A stretch of 64,000 nucleotides of DNA from an uncultured virus (IMG/VR IMGVR_UViG_3300036719_002413) (Duplodnaviria; Heunggongvirae; Uroviricota; Caudoviricetes): IMG/VR virus record IMGVR_UViG_3300036719_002413; one strand, given 5' to 3'. Of the stretch, positions 60,485 through 64,000 are shown piece by piece (position 1 is the first letter of the stretch; the number at the start of each line of letters is the position of its first letter). The notes under the pieces were generated by a model. That model saw nothing but the letters and a program-made list of their open reading frames with translations. It made no database searches and was not told the origin of the DNA. The position numbers were made by a program, and so were the translations under genes.

Positions 60485-60970
60485 TCAATGGTGATAGCTA
60501 TGTGGTATGTGTGATCGGCTAGTCCTAATAGGAGTTGTTGTTGGTCTAACAGTATTCCTACTAGTAACAGCATTGGATTTTGGTTGATAACTATTTGAGA
60601 CTGTTACAGATTTAAGTAATCTATACTGTCCGTTTATTTTACCATTATAAGCTACATTATTTGGTCTATCGTATATTTTTGTATAAGTTACATCAGAATG
60701 ATTTTGGCTATACTTAATAACTGCAGAACTTCCACCACTATTGTACAAATTACGCATCAATTGCTGATTCATAATAATGATATACATTGATGATGTTTCC
60801 ATATTCTCATTTGGTACAGTGTATACACCACATAAGAGTGTATCTTCATTCTTAGTGTCATACACCAAGTAATGATCGTCTTGAGACGCTGGAGATGGTG
60901 TACATGATTGAGTTAATGTTGCTGTAAGCATTACTAATGACATTAGAAGCAATTTTGTGAATCGTTTCAT
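60485..60970 (-). CDS. lipoprotein
   Basis: MKRFTKLLLMSLVMLTATLTQS-C fits a signal peptidase II signal. Confidence 0.7.
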   Translation of the reverse strand: MKRFTKLLLMSLVMLTATLTQSCTPSPASQDDHYLVYDTKNEDTLLCGVYTVPNENMETSSMYIIIMNQQLMRNLYNSGGSSAVIKYSQNHSDVTYTKIYDRPNNVAYNGKINGQYRLLKSVTVSNSYQPKSNAVTSRNTVRPTTTPIRTSRSHIPHSYHH

Positions 60971-60989
60971 TTTGTTTGTTTTTAATTAG

Positions 60990-61439
60990 TTAAATTGGGA
61001 TGAATAAGAACATCCAGAAATCTTCTACCTTTTTACAGTAGATTTGATAGTCTGGAAAGACATAGATTTCATAATCTTTGTCTAATACTTTAGATACGAG
61101 ATCGTACCTATTTTTAATTTTGTTTAGGAAGATATTATATATCTCTTTATCCTTACACCATAAGGAATAGTTTTTTACATTGTTGTAATACATTTCCCAC
61201 AATCTTACTGTGCCTAATGTATCAATGTAAAAGTAAGTAATACCTGAAATAATTTCTTTTTCTAATATTTCAGGTTGGGTTATAGTCACTAAATCTTTAT
61301 GATCGCAACCTAAGCAAGGTTGTGCATTACAAGAGCTAGTAAGTGCTATTAATAACCACATTATAAAGATTATAATTAGCAGTGAATACCAATTATCATC
61401 TGGGGTTTTTTGAATGGTAGCCATGTTGATTAGGGCCAA
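60990..61439 (-). CDS. membrane protein / putative lipoprotein
   Basis: Hydrophobic LLIIIFIMWLLIALTSS-C segment ending in a lipobox-like motif. Confidence 0.55.
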   Translation of the reverse strand: MALINMATIQKTPDDNWYSLLIIIFIMWLLIALTSSCNAQPCLGCDHKDLVTITQPEILEKEIISGITYFYIDTLGTVRLWEMYYNNVKNYSLWCKDKEIYNIFLNKIKNRYDLVSKVLDKDYEIYVFPDYQIYCKKVEDFWMFLFIPI

Positions 61440-61455
61440 ACTACAATAATTTTCA

Positions 61456-61872
61456 TTATTCAGCTTGTTCGTTAGTGATTGATTCAGTTATTTTATGTGC
61501 TCTGTATAGATAAGTAGCTTGTCTTAAGATATTTAAAGCCTCTGTTAATCCAGCTCTATCATCTATATAAACATTACAATAGATTTTCCTATTATCACCA
61601 AATGGTATAATAATATTCTCATTGATAGCAGTTATTTTTATACCAATTTTATCACAATAAGATTTAATAAAGTCATATCTATCAGGAGCAGATCCTGTAT
61701 AGATAATAACACGAGCTCCAGTACTAACAGCTAATTTTACAGTAGCTATAACTTCTTCATGATCTGTTATATCTTCTCTATAAGGGAAGATAGTATCATC
61801 AAAGTCTAGTCCTATAATAATATTACCATGTTCCTTCCACTCATTAAATAGCCTTTCAATGTATTTTTTCAT
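61456..61872 (-). CDS. HAD-superfamily phosphatase (small, capless)
   Basis: Motif I GLDFDDT, motif II IIYT, and KIY.NVYIDDR. Confidence 0.8.
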   Translation of the reverse strand: MKKYIERLFNEWKEHGNIIIGLDFDDTIFPYREDITDHEEVIATVKLAVSTGARVIIYTGSAPDRYDFIKSYCDKIGIKITAINENIIIPFGDNRKIYCNVYIDDRAGLTEALNILRQATYLYRAHKITESITNEQAE

Positions 61873-61876
61873 GATA

Positions 61877-63652
61877 CTAAATTTTTAATAATCTATCCCT
61901 AACTTCCTTAAAGGTAGTTTGGTTATAGAATTTACCATTCTCATAGATTACTTGGAGTAAGCCTACTTCTTCTTGTTTAGGAGTACATTCTGTAAAAACT
62001 TTTATATCAGCATATTGATAATCTCCAGCCGAAGAAACATCTTGTACTTGTAATAACCCCTTCAAAGATTTCTTAGTACCATCATCAGTTACTGGATCTT
62101 TGTAGATGTTGTATGATTTTTTAACATTGTGAATATTTCCATCATCATCTGTCCAAGAATCTCCATTTTTAACTTCAAACCAAGCTCCTTTAGCAGCAAA
62201 TCCTAATGTATCTCTAGTAATGTATTGGTAAGTAAATGATCCTACACCTAATACAATGTTAGTAGAAGCAAAGCCTTTAGCAGCTAATCTCTCATATATT
62301 TGTCGTTGTCTATCAGGTGTAATACTATCACCATAGATTGCTCCAATATGAGGGTCTAATACTTTATAGCCCTGCTCATTAACAGTACCACCAAATATAT
62401 CCCAAAGAAGTTCAATTACGCCTTTATCAGAAGGTTTCCAATCTAATTCTTCAACAGTAATTTTAGCTTCTTCATACATTTCTATAAAATAGTATTGTTT
62501 ATCATATCTATTCCATTGAATATTATGTATAGTAGCTTTATATAGCTTACCTCTTACTAAATAAATTTGTGTATATTCTGTTACTCCATATTCTCCGTGA
62601 GGTGTATTTTCTTTTACTTCTTCTAATAATGAATCTTTGAAATATTTAGGTAAAACATCTCCTTCTGGAAACCATTTAGTTAAGTCTTCATATTTAGTAG
62701 AAACACCACAAATAATATCAACAGGATCACCTGAATCAGGTCTAATTACTAATTTACCATCTCTAGCCATAATAGCTTCCTTGTTAGCTGGTAAATATTC
62801 AGTAATAAGTTTCCACAAATCAAATGTATCAGATACAATTGATAATATACCTTTAGGGAATAGTTTAATCCAATCAGCAATCATTTGATTCTCACCAACA
62901 GTAAATATCTTAGTAGTACTTACAGAGTGTTCTGATGCATTTACAGAATTAATAATAACTTCATCGTTAGGTTCATTATAGTAATATCTAGCAGCAGGTA
63001 TAGCTGCTAATGTATCACTACCTCTGAATGATGTAGCATGACCTAATCCTACACTTATCATATCATATGGACCACTCAATCCTCTAGCAGAGAAATCATG
63101 ACACATATAATCTACTAACCATAAGTTTTTAGGATCAGTCTTAGTTACCCACTCTTCAGCTTGTCTTCGATATAACTTAGCAATAGTAGCTGCTGTAGAA
63201 GCTTTCCATGCTAAATTAGATACCATAGTTTCCATATAAAGAGTTAACCAAGCAAATCCATCAACTGTATTAATGAAGGTCATATGAGGAATATTAGGAT
63301 CAGTTTCAATACCTTCAGGTAATGCTTTTACTTTTAAAGGTAAGTAACCTAAATGATGAAGTTCTAAAAAATGTCTATCATTATATTCCATTCCAAGATA
63401 TTTATTCATATCCTCTCCAAATTTTAAAGCACCTGATAAATTGAGATTAAAGAAATGTTCTTCAAACACATCATGAATATATTTCCAAGCTAATTGCTGA
63501 CCAAATGATACTATCTTAGTAATACCTTTAGGTGCATGTTTGGTACTTCTTGGAATCCACGTACCATATAATCTAGTAGTTCCAGGAGCTAACATAGCTT
63601 TGTGACCTACTTTATAACCATCTGTTAAATATAATGGGTTAATTGTAAACAT
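61877..63652 (-). CDS. nadV: nicotinamide phosphoribosyltransferase (NAMPT/NadV family)
   Basis: Motifs TDGYKVGH, HDFSARG, ASEHS, SIVSDTFD, VIRPDSGDP, IYGDSIT, GVGS and KDP.TD.G.KKS.KG. Confidence 0.9.
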   Translation of the reverse strand: MFTINPLYLTDGYKVGHKAMLAPGTTRLYGTWIPRSTKHAPKGITKIVSFGQQLAWKYIHDVFEEHFFNLNLSGALKFGEDMNKYLGMEYNDRHFLELHHLGYLPLKVKALPEGIETDPNIPHMTFINTVDGFAWLTLYMETMVSNLAWKASTAATIAKLYRRQAEEWVTKTDPKNLWLVDYMCHDFSARGLSGPYDMISVGLGHATSFRGSDTLAAIPAARYYYNEPNDEVIINSVNASEHSVSTTKIFTVGENQMIADWIKLFPKGILSIVSDTFDLWKLITEYLPANKEAIMARDGKLVIRPDSGDPVDIICGVSTKYEDLTKWFPEGDVLPKYFKDSLLEEVKENTPHGEYGVTEYTQIYLVRGKLYKATIHNIQWNRYDKQYYFIEMYEEAKITVEELDWKPSDKGVIELLWDIFGGTVNEQGYKVLDPHIGAIYGDSITPDRQRQIYERLAAKGFASTNIVLGVGSFTYQYITRDTLGFAAKGAWFEVKNGDSWTDDDGNIHNVKKSYNIYKDPVTDDGTKKSLKGLLQVQDVSSAGDYQYADIKVFTECTPKQEEVGLLQVIYENGKFYNQTTFKEVRDRLLKI

Positions 63653-63981
63653 CAGATTAAATTTATTTGTGCGACTAATATAGAACCCTCTTCTTTAAAT
63701 AAGAAGTGTTTGTACTTATCATGGAATTTTGATTCTTTAGCATTGAATACACAAACTTTATAACCAGCCTCTTCAAGTTGTTGAATCTCTTTACGTGAAA
63801 ACCAATTAAATAAGTTATCTAATGTATCTGTACAGGATAAGAATCCTCCAGTACACTCATTATTAAAATCCATTTCTAGATCTTTACAAGAAAGTTCAAA
63901 TTTACTAACTTCTTTAGTAAACTCTCCTTTACTATTATACCATAAACCTAAATTGTCTGGGTGATGAACTCTAAAGAACAT
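63652..63981 (-). CDS. hypothetical phage protein
   Basis: 109-aa ORF, TGATG-coupled to NAMPT; FFRV....GLWY motif. Confidence 0.65.
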   Translation of the reverse strand: MFFRVHHPDNLGLWYNSKGEFTKEVSKFELSCKDLEMDFNNECTGGFLSCTDTLDNLFNWFSRKEIQQLEEAGYKVCVFNAKESKFHDKYKHFLFKEEGSILVAQINLI

Positions 63982-64000
63982 ATTTTTAATTTCTATCTTC

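Noticed and set aside
35932..62888. Short plus-strand ORFs in the replication block (e.g. 37388, 42568, 47044, 50217, 52062, 62637) and nested ORF 56006..56215
   Set aside because: They lie antisense to, or nested in, well-supported genes.
1..64000. Stop-codon reassignment, as in some crAss-like phages
   Set aside because: The standard code gives dense, long ORFs, including 6550 aa. Genes end in TAA, TGA or TAG, and the only tRNA is not a suppressor.

Overview
This window is part of an AT-rich lytic phage genome of the crAss-like type (Crassvirales, phi14:2 relatives), probably infecting a Bacteroidetes host. It has two convergent gene blocks that meet at a bidirectional terminator near 35.57 kb. 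The + strand block (1-35545) is late and structural. It holds the end of a tail/spike gene, a lysis cassette (GH24 endolysin, holin candidates, unimolecular spanin) and a metallophosphoesterase behind a Bacteroidetes-type promoter. Tail ring, IHF-like and muzzle proteins follow, then ejected cargo proteins and a 6550-aa polyprotein. The polyprotein carries an SF1 helicase, two zincin motifs, a virion RNA polymerase (DFDVD) and a PD-(D/E)XK nuclease. The - strand block (35636-64000) covers replication and metabolism. It includes a class II RNR, two MazG-like proteins, exo- and endonucleases, and a five-gene GATase/amidoligase/COOH-NH2 ligase/ATP-grasp cluster. It also includes primase, SSB, an AAA ATPase, DnaB, PolA, tRNA-Ile2(CAT), two lipoproteins, a HAD phosphatase and a NAMPT-family enzyme. 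Three signals stand out. (1) Two tandem in-frame cassettes inside the giant protein are bounded by near-identical 29-bp and 27-bp direct repeats (KADIE[R/K]RRQE ... YDAELAALE) and carry unrelated A-rich payloads, one of them GNAT-like; this suggests a swappable effector-cassette system. (2) The 820-aa cargo protein has similar motif-delimited modules. (3) A probable -1 frameshift at G GGG GGA would add a lysozyme-like domain to a cargo protein. All functional calls come from motif recognition by eye; no database searches were run.
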